59,900 bases of DNA, taken from the NCBI GenBank assembly GCA_000993535.1, contig LBWG01000008.1, positions 1 to 59,900 of the forward strand, written 5' to 3'. Below are positions 1-7,732 of this stretch, piece after piece (the first letter of the stretch is position 1; the number at the start of each line of letters is the position of its first letter). The position numbers were made by a program, and so were the translations under genes. The notes under the pieces are model-generated. The model had not been told where the DNA came from. It saw only the letters and a program-made list of their open reading frames with translations, and searched no databases. Source of the stretch: Candidatus Uhrbacteria bacterium GW2011_GWF2_39_13 (GTDB taxonomy: Bacteria; Patescibacteriota; Patescibacteriia; UBA9934; GWF2-40-263).

Positions 1-1
1 G

Positions 2-220
2 AAGCTTCGTCCCGAAGCCTCCGACAACCACTGGCTCGACGGAATAGTCGGCTGCGCCGTTGCCGCATCCATGCTTGGCGCAAGGCTGCCAAGTACCGGC
101 GAATCCGACAAACCAATCAAACAGAGAAGAAATATTGATTTATCAAAATCCCAACGGAAACTATATCTCTCCGGCGAAAGAAAAATACTGAATCCATCTG
201 AGAGAAAAAGACTGAATTAA
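2..220 (+). CDS. 3' end of an unidentified CDS truncated by the window edge
   Basis: Frame 2 is open from the edge for 72 codons to TAA 218-220 (...HWLDGIVGCAVAASMLGARLP...). The first ~130 nt look GC-richer than the AT-rich spacer that follows. No family recognised. Confidence 0.3.
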   Translation, partial: KLRPEASDNHWLDGIVGCAVAASMLGARLPSTGESDKPIKQRRNIDLSKSQRKLYLSGERKILNPSERKRLN

Positions 221-256
221 AAAGCATTTACTCAAGATTAAAATGTTTTCGGACAT

Positions 257-1195
257 TTATTGATTACTTATCCGGTTTTGCAATTCAAGGTCTTTCGTTA
301 TAAGTTCGGCCTTTATTTCTCCCCGTTCAAGAATGGCATTCAGAAAAGCCGATTCATTATTGGAAAAAGGAAACCAGTGTGTGAGTTTTTTACGGCATTC
401 ATCAATAAGTTTTTCTCCGAATAAAACTGAAGACCGGGTGACTTGTTCAATCTTATTCTTATTCAGAACCGGGAGCAGCATTTGTTCAAGTTCCTTTAGG
501 TCAAATGAAATATCTTCAATTGATACAGTCCGCCAGTCTTTCCTGTTCATGGCGCCGTAAACTATAAAAGCCAGACGCAATTTTTTCTGATCAAGTCCAG
601 GATATGAAAGAAGTTCTCTTGCATCGAAAATATCCCGTGCCTGATGTCGTGAAAACAATGCGGCTAACTTACCGGCAGCCAGTTCATTAATATCAAGAAC
701 CGGTATATTCTTTGACTGGTATTCCCCGATAAGGCGTGATTCTGAGATTGTAATTTCCCAAAGCGGGATGCGGAACATAAAATTCAGGTCCACCTCCAAG
801 TTGCCAGGATGCCCGAAGGCGTTCTGGTATCCCAAGCGCCATTTTCCACCGGCGTGTTCATCTGGCATTCGTTTCAAGTTATAGTCTTCTCGTGAAAAGA
901 CCGCTTGGATTGCCTGTTCTATTTTAGGCCGTTCCACCTGCATCTCATTGAGATTACCCGCACCTATATAGTTCAGATCAATATCAACTGACAAGCGTGG
1001 AATATCAAAGATAAATAGATTCAACGCCGTCCCCCCTTTAAGCGCCAGCTTTCCTTTCAAAGCCGGGTGGGTATTTATCGTATTGAGCAAATTTATCAGG
1101 CGGACAGCTTTTTCAACCATGTCCGCGTGAAAACCGGTAAGAGTTGCAAGAGAGGCGACTTTCTCCCGTGATATCTTCATGATATTTCCTTCCAT
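257..1195 (-). CDS. abiEii: AbiEii/AbiGii-family nucleotidyltransferase toxin (type IV toxin-antitoxin, abortive-infection type)
   Basis: 312-aa ORF. ...LALKGGTALNLF... followed by SVDIDLNY resembles the NTase core of DUF1814/AbiEii proteins. It overlaps the upstream antitoxin-like ORF by 19 nt. Confidence 0.8.
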   Translation of the reverse strand: MEGNIMKISREKVASLATLTGFHADMVEKAVRLINLLNTINTHPALKGKLALKGGTALNLFIFDIPRLSVDIDLNYIGAGNLNEMQVERPKIEQAIQAVFSREDYNLKRMPDEHAGGKWRLGYQNAFGHPGNLEVDLNFMFRIPLWEITISESRLIGEYQSKNIPVLDINELAAGKLAALFSRHQARDIFDARELLSYPGLDQKKLRLAFIVYGAMNRKDWRTVSIEDISFDLKELEQMLLPVLNKNKIEQVTRSSVLFGEKLIDECRKKLTHWFPFSNNESAFLNAILERGEIKAELITKDLELQNRISNQ

Positions 1196-1977
1196 TGCTG
1201 ATTCAATATTTCATCAGGAATTATTAGCTTCCACTTATTTGACAATCGACCATTACGCTTTTTCCTATTTAAATAATGAGGCTGTTTCGGGCATAATTTC
1301 TGTAAGGAAGCAAGATATTTATCACTAACCATCAACCTATCTTTATTTTGTTCCAGAAAAAATCCGGCCTTGGCAGCAGTCGTTGCATTGGACAGAATCT
1401 TGAGATATTTCAAGACTTGCTCCAAATCAAAAAACTCCACAGATTCCAGAGAACGCCATATTTCTTCCCAACTGCCTGAATAGCGAGGACAATCCAGAAC
1501 ATCCACAAAGGTGCGTTCCAGTGAAGTGACCTTCACTTCCATCCCGTTGCGTTCCGCGGTCGTCACTCCGAAATACACTTGTTTTTTGCGTTGCAATTGG
1601 GCAGGAACAGGCACCGTATTAAATCGTACGTTACGCCATACAAGAGGTCTCACAGCAAAAGATGTCTGATAGGTAAAGTGGTTAAATACAGAATAAGCCC
1701 GCCCGTGAAATTCCAAGGCGGTATGATGGACAAGAACGGCATCTTTGCTCATCCGGCCAGCGACAAGAAACGGGTCAGGAGTAAATTGTGCGGCGTTTTC
1801 TCCCGGCGGCACAACAGCAAAAAGCCCACGTTTCAGCCGCTGAATCTTTCCTGCCTTATTATAATAGGCAAGGAGCGATTCCGCAGCACGGCGTCCACAT
1901 GTTTTTTTATTCGCATGAAAAGCATTGAACTCCTCAAACGTAAAAACCGGGTGTTTTATAAAAAAATCGTACAACAC
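1177..1977 (-). CDS. abiEi: AbiEi-family antitoxin / transcriptional autoregulator
   Basis: 266-aa ORF with a GTG start at 1975-1977, preceded by GAGGT (complement of 1985-1989) with a 7-nt spacer. The N-terminal wHTH-like region has the ...RLKRGLFAVVP... motif typical of AbiEi_4-type proteins. Translationally coupled to abiEii. Confidence 0.7.
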   Translation of the reverse strand: MLYDFFIKHPVFTFEEFNAFHANKKTCGRRAAESLLAYYNKAGKIQRLKRGLFAVVPPGENAAQFTPDPFLVAGRMSKDAVLVHHTALEFHGRAYSVFNHFTYQTSFAVRPLVWRNVRFNTVPVPAQLQRKKQVYFGVTTAERNGMEVKVTSLERTFVDVLDCPRYSGSWEEIWRSLESVEFFDLEQVLKYLKILSNATTAAKAGFFLEQNKDRLMVSDKYLASLQKLCPKQPHYLNRKKRNGRLSNKWKLIIPDEILNQQWKEIS

Positions 1978-2005
1978 TGCATTTACCTCATTTGAAAATT
2001 ATAGT

Positions 2006-2034
2006 CACAATACATAGTAATTATATGTATTGTG
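2006..2034. promoter_or_regulatory. perfect 11-bp inverted repeat IR1 (CACAATACATA - 7 nt - TATGTATTGTG), candidate AbiEi operator
   Basis: Read directly: 2006-2016 is the exact reverse complement of 2024-2034. The predicted -10 box lies across the spacer and one arm. Confidence 0.6.
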
Positions 2035-2048
2035 CTTGTATTTGTCAA
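2020..2048 (-). promoter_or_regulatory. sigma70-like promoter of abiEi-abiEii
   Basis: On the minus strand: TTGACA (complement of 2043-2048), a 17-nt spacer, then TATAAT (complement of 2020-2025). This sits ~45 nt upstream of the GTG start. Both hexamers are perfect consensus. Confidence 0.55.
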
Positions 2049-2074
2049 GTAAAATCATTGCAAACTTGACAAAT
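2040..2074. promoter_or_regulatory. perfect 11-bp inverted repeat IR2 (ATTTGTCAAGT - 13 nt - ACTTGACAAAT), candidate AbiEi operator
   Basis: 2040-2050 is the exact reverse complement of 2064-2074. The left arm contains the -35 hexamer. A third TTTGTCAA copy lies at 2115-2122. Confidence 0.6.
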
Positions 2075-2427
2075 ATCAGCAAAAAACATGGCTTTATTGT
2101 GTGCATTGCTTGTGTTTGTCAATTAAAGTATCCTGAAATAAATTATCCGCACGCGGTATTGTTTGATTTTTATGCTTATTGATATTTTACCTATAGATGT
2201 TTAAAACTTTAGGTATTTCATCAAAGGATAAGAAAAAGACAATATGATTTCAGCTTTCAAGTTTAAGCTATCTCTGGATAGAAAAACCAATAGTTATGAA
2301 TAAGTTTAAGTAATTCTATCCATCTCATGGCGATGTTGCAAAAACGACTATAAATATTACTGCTAACTTTGTAACAGCTACCAATCTGGAATACTGAAAA
2401 AGCAATAGGGCAGAACAGCAGGGCTGT

Positions 2428-2459
2428 AAAAGTAAAAGCCCCGGAACTGGGCCGGGGCT
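2428..2459 (-). terminator. rho-independent terminator downstream of the HTH gene
   Basis: An 8-bp GC-rich stem, AGCCCCGG (2437-2444) pairing with CCGGGGCT (2452-2459), with a 7-nt loop. On the minus strand it is followed by TTTTACTTTT (complement of 2428-2437). It lies 25 nt after the stop codon at 2484. Confidence 0.65.
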
Positions 2460-2483
2460 ATAATTAGCGGACTTTGCCGATGT

Positions 2484-2990
2484 TTACTTTTTAATTGTTT
2501 TCCTGGAAACTTTTTTAGTTTCGATAACAGGGACAACATCAGCCTTTTTCCCGGACAGCTCCTTTAACATTTTTTTGACGTCGCGTTTGGTTAGTTTTTT
2601 AAATGCGAGAAGTTTCCTTTTCAACTCCTGGCGTGGACGGAAATCGCCCTTTTCCCAATTGATTATTGAGTTATTATTTACGTCGAGCAGTTCAGCCATT
2701 TTCTTTATGCTCAGTCCGTGTTTCTTTCTCATCCTTGTAATCATCTTCGGCGAGAATCTGGAATTTTTGACCTCGTCATCCGAAGGCAAAGCATTGATTT
2801 TCTTTGTTCCGCCGAGAATTTTCTGCAATGCATCAACAGCCTTCTCAAGGGATTTCACACGTTTCCTTAATTCCGTATTTTCTCTTCTGAGAGAAGTTAC
2901 GGCTTTCTTTAATGTTCCCTGTGATTTTACCACTTCCTTGCGGGCAAGTCTCGTGATTTCATCCTGTAACGGTACTAAGAATTTTGGCAT
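2484..2990 (-). CDS. XRE-type helix-turn-helix protein with N-terminal coiled coil
   Basis: 168-aa ORF. The N-terminal heptad-like segment is charged (...LRRENTELRKRVKSLEKAVDALQK...). The C-terminal half (...HGLSIKKMAELLDVNNNSIINWEKG...) resembles an HTH_XRE/Cro-C1 motif. Confidence 0.6.
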   Translation of the reverse strand: MPKFLVPLQDEITRLARKEVVKSQGTLKKAVTSLRRENTELRKRVKSLEKAVDALQKILGGTKKINALPSDDEVKNSRFSPKMITRMRKKHGLSIKKMAELLDVNNNSIINWEKGDFRPRQELKRKLLAFKKLTKRDVKKMLKELSGKKADVVPVIETKKVSRKTIKK

Positions 2991-3067
2991 TATAGTTTCT
3001 CCTTATCATAATTATTATTCATATGGTCAGATGGAATATAAACACTTTTTTCAATAAATCAAAATTG

Positions 3068-4153
3068 TTAAACTGAAAGCTTTTTCCCTTTGCCTTTCCA
3101 ACTGGTGGAATAAGTATCGGGCCGTATCTGAAACCTGGCAATATATGCCTTGCGTCCTTCATCCCAGTAAATAGGCTCCCCCTCAATCCTGAAAAACTTT
3201 ACAAGGTTTTCGCAGAGCAGCTGTTTCTGCTTTTTTATTGCCGGGGAAGCCTGCAGCCCATCCCATCCGTATACGCCATAGTTTTCAGCAAGATTCAGCA
3301 TAAACGTCCATCTGTCGACGGGGCCTTTATTGAGAGAACTTGCCATCCCCATTTCAAAATAATTCAACGATGCTTTAGTTTCCAGAATCTGCACGGTAAC
3401 TGTATGTTCATTGATGAAATGAATATTCAGATCCTCCCATTTTGCATTGAGAGGGGTCGGGAAGAATTCTACTGTTTTTGTTTCCGGCATATTCAGCAGC
3501 GAAGCGAAAATTTTTTCCTGTCCGCGCCGGAGACTGACATTGCACCGGCGGTCAATGAGAAGTTCGTCTTCCAGAGATACAAAGACGATCTCACGTTTTT
3601 TTAAGAGGAGTTCTGTCTCAGGCGTAAGGAAGCGCCTGGATGTCGAGAACAGTATGAATTTTCCATGATGCCCGGAACATAAATACTTAACCATCCCAGA
3701 CATGCTCGCTCTGAAATTACAGTATGACATATAAACCGGATAGTTGATTCCGGCAAACGGTGTATACTCTCCGAGGTAATATCTTCGCTTGTCATTTAAA
3801 TTGTTTTCATTCAAATTAATGCCGAAAGTCATGGCAATAATTTTATGCAGCTTTGACACATTCAAACGGTAAATGAGAATATCCTGTTCGCTCAATGGCT
3901 GATTGTTGGATATGTTTTCACCGCATACGGCCTCAATGCTTTTCTCTTTATGCTGAATGCGCATGGGGCACGGGCTGTCGCACTGCGTCGGGCATCGTAT
4001 TGCCTTCGCGTATTCGTCCGTCGACGACAGAAAAGCATGACGGAAATCACTTATATCATGCTTTCCATACATTGCGTCTTTCCAATCAATCAGCGGCGCT
4101 CTGAAATCTTCAAGCTCCTCTAAAAAACTTCCAAACGGTGATTTCTGTTCCAT
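3068..4153 (-). CDS. hypothetical protein with N-terminal Cys cluster (C-x3-C-x3-C...C)
   Basis: 361-aa ORF with no family recognised. It contains RCPTQCDSPCPMRIQHKEKSIEAVCGE. It lies 77 nt upstream of, and co-directional with, the HTH gene. Confidence 0.55.
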   Translation of the reverse strand: MEQKSPFGSFLEELEDFRAPLIDWKDAMYGKHDISDFRHAFLSSTDEYAKAIRCPTQCDSPCPMRIQHKEKSIEAVCGENISNNQPLSEQDILIYRLNVSKLHKIIAMTFGINLNENNLNDKRRYYLGEYTPFAGINYPVYMSYCNFRASMSGMVKYLCSGHHGKFILFSTSRRFLTPETELLLKKREIVFVSLEDELLIDRRCNVSLRRGQEKIFASLLNMPETKTVEFFPTPLNAKWEDLNIHFINEHTVTVQILETKASLNYFEMGMASSLNKGPVDRWTFMLNLAENYGVYGWDGLQASPAIKKQKQLLCENLVKFFRIEGEPIYWDEGRKAYIARFQIRPDTYSTSWKGKGKKLSV

Positions 4154-4239
4154 ACATTACGTCTCCTATCAATGTAGTTTTAACAACTTTTATTCTATAA
4201 ATCTTTATTCCGTTATAAGATAAAACTCTTGGCAAATCC

Positions 4240-4268
4240 GAAAATAGAGAAAGAGGCCGCAAGCCTCT
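4240..4268 (-). terminator. possible terminator after the small orphan gene
   Basis: Stem AGAGGC (4252-4257) pairing with GCCTCT (4263-4268), with a 5-nt loop. On the minus strand it is followed by the T-rich run TTCTCTATTTTC. It lies ~80 nt after the stop at 4348. Confidence 0.4.
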
Positions 4269-4347
4269 CCTATATTTTCTTTCATCTTAACATTTTTCCT
4301 CCTTTCTAAAATTGCTGTTAATGCGTCCTTATTTTTGTATCTTCGGC

Positions 4348-4647
4348 TCATGCATCCGGTTTCACATCTGTTTTCTTTTTTTCCTTCAAAAGAATTGTCA
4401 AATCATTTTTCAATTCCTTCAAGGGCTTTGATTTGAATGAGTCCTTGCTCTGGTCAACAACAATTATTGCCACCCCAACCCCTCTCTCTAAATTACCTAT
4501 GCGCCGTGCCTGCCATTCAATGACTGAGTGTTCCGTAAACTTTGCCCTCGCTTCCTCATCATTGTTTTTCAACTGCTCCCGGAACTTATCAACTGTTTTA
4601 TTCAAATCATCACAGGCATCATCGATATTCTTTTCAAACGTACTCAT
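4348..4647 (-). CDS. small hypothetical protein (~99 aa, predicted helical, charged)
   Basis: The track ORF is 4348..4689. I prefer the internal ATG at 4645-4647 (MSTFEKNIDD...) because the upstream extension MRLFVFYSYKERKS overlaps a 13-bp inverted repeat. No family recognised. Confidence 0.45.
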   Translation of the reverse strand: MSTFEKNIDDACDDLNKTVDKFREQLKNNDEEARAKFTEHSVIEWQARRIGNLERGVGVAIIVVDQSKDSFKSKPLKELKNDLTILLKEKKKTDVKPDA

Positions 4648-4680
4648 GCTTTTTCTTTCTTTATAGCTATAAAAAACAAA

Positions 4681-4739
4681 GAGACGCAAACATAAAAACA
4701 GTGCGTTTTACAACAACACTATTAATATGTTTGCGTCTC
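4681..4739. repeat. perfect 13-bp inverted repeat (GAGACGCAAACAT - 33 nt - ATGTTTGCGTCTC)
   Basis: 4681-4693 is the exact reverse complement of 4727-4739. On the minus strand the hairpin is followed by TTTGTTTTTT, so it may act as a terminator/attenuator or an operator just upstream of the small gene. Confidence 0.7.
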
Positions 4740-4894
4740 TACTTGACGGCCCGCCGGCACATGCCGGCCCCGTCCCGACAAGACACATATTCCCGATAGC
4801 CAGACTAAAAAAATCTGCAACCGAAAAGTTTTTAAATTGTTAAATTACTTCCCTTCTGCTCTACTCACCTCCTTCTTTGTTATTTCAAAAATCA

Positions 4895-5036
4895 TTATCT
4901 AGAAACTTCTGTTCTTCCATGCTTCTCTATACTTTTTCCCAAATCGTAAAATGACAAACAACTGAAAATTTGACGGATGGCTTGCATTCAAATCAATTCG
5001 TCAAATTGCAAAATTCACTTTTGAGACACTACAAGG
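4895..5036 (+). repeat. copy A (shortest) of a dispersed intergenic repeat family (MITE-like or ncRNA-like)
   Basis: The core 4931-5036 aligns by eye with 18361-18467 and 39741-39843. It begins with TTATCTAGAAAC, resembling the copy-B terminal repeat, and contains the hairpin 4972-5002. Confidence 0.6.
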
Positions 5037-5151
5037 TAATAGAATATAACTCTTTTTGAAAACACTTCTGTATTCAAAAAAATGATTTTTGAGGAGTAAT
5101 CCTCTCATTTCCAATTTTCATTATTTACCTTTTATGTTTTTTACGTTAAAA

Positions 5152-5886
5152 TCAATAATACGGAGTAGTATCGGGCCATTTAAGAAAATAGAATTCAGGC
5201 AAATCATTAACTCCATTTATAGAAAAACGCTTTACGTGTCCGTCAACAAATCCTATGTTCGAGCCTTGTATATGAGGATAAATAAGATTAGTTCGCCTTC
5301 CACAAGAATAGCTGCTCCCATCCATAATAAGTGCTATAAGTGACGGACTGGTTACGAATCTCAACGGCTTACATTCATTAGGAGATACGCCTGTTGTCTG
5401 CATAATTCGCGAATTAGCCCCGAATACAAAAGAATTGTAATCCAATCCCAAATTTTTTCTTACTTGTTGTTCCGGGCAAGTATAAATCACCATAGCCGTG
5501 CATGAATCAACTGAAAGCCCTTCTTCCAAAAGAACTGATTTGGGAGAATTGAGATATTCTGCCAACGGGTGTTGCGGACTGTAAATGCGTATTGCGCTTG
5601 TAGGAGTAGTTCTCAATGTCGGAGTATTGTTGTAATCACTATCATAGTTCATTACTGCTGTAATAATCTGGCGTATTCTGGATATACATTCTCCGGCATT
5701 TGCACTGCTGCGCGCCTTACTTAAAGCAGGCATAAGAATACCGGCTAGAATAACTATAATAGCTATAACTACCAACAACTCCACAATTGTAAAACTACAA
5801 TTTACCTTAAGTTTTTTAATGTTGTTTCTAAGATAAAAATAAAAAGTGAATTTTCCTTTTCCCATGTTGAATTTAAATATTTTCAT
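5152..5886 (-). CDS. prepilin-type N-terminal cleavage/methylation-domain protein with H-X9-DG motif (DUF1559 family)
   Basis: ...FTIVELLVVIAIIVILAGILMPALSKAR... is a class-III signal/pseudopilin motif. The C-terminal HIQGSNIGFVDG is an exact H-X9-DG. The start codon is uncertain (several Met in the first 10 codons). Confidence 0.8.
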   Translation of the reverse strand: MKIFKFNMGKGKFTFYFYLRNNIKKLKVNCSFTIVELLVVIAIIVILAGILMPALSKARSSANAGECISRIRQIITAVMNYDSDYNNTPTLRTTPTSAIRIYSPQHPLAEYLNSPKSVLLEEGLSVDSCTAMVIYTCPEQQVRKNLGLDYNSFVFGANSRIMQTTGVSPNECKPLRFVTSPSLIALIMDGSSYSCGRRTNLIYPHIQGSNIGFVDGHVKRFSINGVNDLPEFYFLKWPDTTPYY

Positions 5887-5979
5887 ATCACCCTGCTACC
5901 TCCATTAATTATTAACTTACTTAAATATTTCGAATTTTCCATTGGCTTCAGCTGATAACTGTGTACGAATACTTATAAA

Positions 5980-6822
5980 TCATCCCTTCACCGCACCAAG
6001 TGTTATACCTTTGATAAAGAATCTTTGCCCGGCTATGAAAACAATGAACATAGGAAGAATCATAATTACGGAGCCGGCCATTAGCAAAGGCCATTGAATG
6101 CCGTACATTTCCTTGAATTTTGCCAGGGCTACAGGAAGTGTATAAAGTTCCGCGCTATGAATAACAATCAATGGCCACATGAAATTTTTCCAGGAACCCA
6201 TGAAAATGAGGATTGCGAGAGTAATCAATGCGTTGCGTGACAATGGAATGATTACATTACAGTATATTTGCCACGAATTACAACCATCTATCATCGCGGC
6301 CTCTTCCAAATCACGCGGGAGATTCAGAAAAAACTGACGTAGCATGAAAGTGCCGTATGCGGTAAACATTTCGGGAAGAATTAAGGCATAATAAGTATCA
6401 ATCCATCCAAGTTTCTGCAACAGCAGGAAAGTCGGAATCATAGTTACGGAATGAGGTATCATCATGGTAGCGATGTAACCAAGAAAGATATGGTTGCGCC
6501 CCCAGAATATCATCCTGGCAAACGCATAGGCCGCAATTGAACTGGTAAACACTTTTCCAGCAGTAATGGTGAATGTAACAAATACGCTGTTACAGAATTC
6601 CCGCAGAAAATTGGTTTCAACAAAAACGGCACGGTAATTGTCCCAATGGCATTTGGAAGGGACAATACTGGTCAATTTTGAAACGTCGGCATATGGGTCT
6701 TTAAGAGAAGTTGCAAGCATCCACAGCAATGGGAAGATGGTAGTAAAACCGATTATAATCAGAAATGCGTAAATCAAAACAGTGTTCAAATTTTTATGAA
6801 AGACATGCCTATTCATGAACAT
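5980..6822 (-). CDS. carbohydrate ABC transporter permease (CUT1, MalG-like)
   Basis: 280 aa and multi-pass hydrophobic. It has the EAA-loop motif LEEAAMIDGCNSWQIYCNVIIPLS. It overlaps the upstream permease by 14 nt. Confidence 0.9.
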   Translation of the reverse strand: MFMNRHVFHKNLNTVLIYAFLIIIGFTTIFPLLWMLATSLKDPYADVSKLTSIVPSKCHWDNYRAVFVETNFLREFCNSVFVTFTITAGKVFTSSIAAYAFARMIFWGRNHIFLGYIATMMIPHSVTMIPTFLLLQKLGWIDTYYALILPEMFTAYGTFMLRQFFLNLPRDLEEAAMIDGCNSWQIYCNVIIPLSRNALITLAILIFMGSWKNFMWPLIVIHSAELYTLPVALAKFKEMYGIQWPLLMAGSVIMILPMFIVFIAGQRFFIKGITLGAVKG

Positions 6823-7732
6823 TCCCCCCGAATCGCCAATTGATAATGGTAATAATTAAAACAATTAAAAATAATACCAGTGCGATAGTTGCGGCATAAC
6901 CCATGTTGAACCAGACAAAAGCATGATTGAATATATAGTAACTCAATGTAGTTGTCGCTCCTGCCGGTCCACCGCCGGTCAGAATAAAGGCGGCGTCAAA
7001 TCCCCCTTGAAATCCGGCAATTACCGACATGATGAAAATGAAAAAGCTGGTAGGTCTCAGCATGGGTAATGTAATATGACGGAATTTTTGAAAGACACTT
7101 GCTCCATCAATATTGGCTGCTTCATACAGTTCTTCCGATATGCCCTGAAGTCCAGCTAAATACAACAGCATGTTCGTCCCCCCCATAGCACCCCACGTGC
7201 CCATCAGCATAATCGCGGGCTTAGCCCAAGTGCAGTCTGTAAGCCAGCCCGGCCCCTTGATGCCTATCAGTGCCAATGCTTGATTCAAAAGGCCGAATTC
7301 AGGATTGTAAATGAAAGACCAGAGCAATAGAATCCCAACACCTCCGCATATAGTCGGCAAATAGAATATGGAACGGAAAAAACCAATACATTTAAGTGGA
7401 TGGTTCAACATTATAGCTATCAATAGAGAAACCAGCATATTTACAGGAATGGTTAACATCAGGAAGACAGTGTTCCACAGGTACTTCCAGAAATATGGGT
7501 CATTGAAGGCAATCTTCCCGTTTACTATGCTCATGCCTAATAAATCACGTAAATTTTCAAAACCTACGAATTGCGGCGGATTAAAAATATCCCATCGGAA
7601 AAAACTTAAAACAATCGCGAATAAGACAGGAATGAAAGTGAAACTCAAAAATCCCAGAAAATTAGGAGCCAGGTAGAGCCAGGCTGTGGTATTACGTCCA
7701 ATATGTTTTTGCTCTGGAAATCCCATAATCAT
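6809..7732 (-). CDS. carbohydrate ABC transporter permease (CUT1, MalF-like)
   Basis: 307 aa. EAA-loop LYEAANIDGASVFQKFRHITLPML. 4-nt overlap with the upstream binding-protein gene. Confidence 0.9.
   Translation of the reverse strand: MIMGFPEQKHIGRNTTAWLYLAPNFLGFLSFTFIPVLFAIVLSFFRWDIFNPPQFVGFENLRDLLGMSIVNGKIAFNDPYFWKYLWNTVFLMLTIPVNMLVSLLIAIMLNHPLKCIGFFRSIFYLPTICGGVGILLLWSFIYNPEFGLLNQALALIGIKGPGWLTDCTWAKPAIMLMGTWGAMGGTNMLLYLAGLQGISEELYEAANIDGASVFQKFRHITLPMLRPTSFFIFIMSVIAGFQGGFDAAFILTGGGPAGATTTLSYYIFNHAFVWFNMGYAATIALVLFLIVLIITIINWRFGGNVHE

Noticed and set aside
2244-2303. 19-codon ORF (MISAFKFKLSLDRKTNSYE) in the AbiE/HTH spacer as a small protein or leader peptide
   Set aside because: There is no ribosome-binding site, no conservation evidence is available, and a short open stretch of this length is expected by chance.
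2275-2322. 9-bp perfect inverted repeat TGGATAGAA / TTCTATCCA with a 30-nt spacer in the 2.1-2.4 kb non-coding stretch
   Set aside because: The repeat is real in the sequence but short and AT-rich, with no associated gene start, T-tract or second copy. Its superficial resemblance to the repeat-family ends (TCTGGATA) has the wrong relative orientation.
4753-4768. GC-rich palindrome GCCGGCACATGCCGGC as an intrinsic terminator
   Set aside because: It can form a 6-bp stem with a tetraloop, but no T-tract follows on either strand. I kept it only as a side note to the 13-bp inverted-repeat finding.
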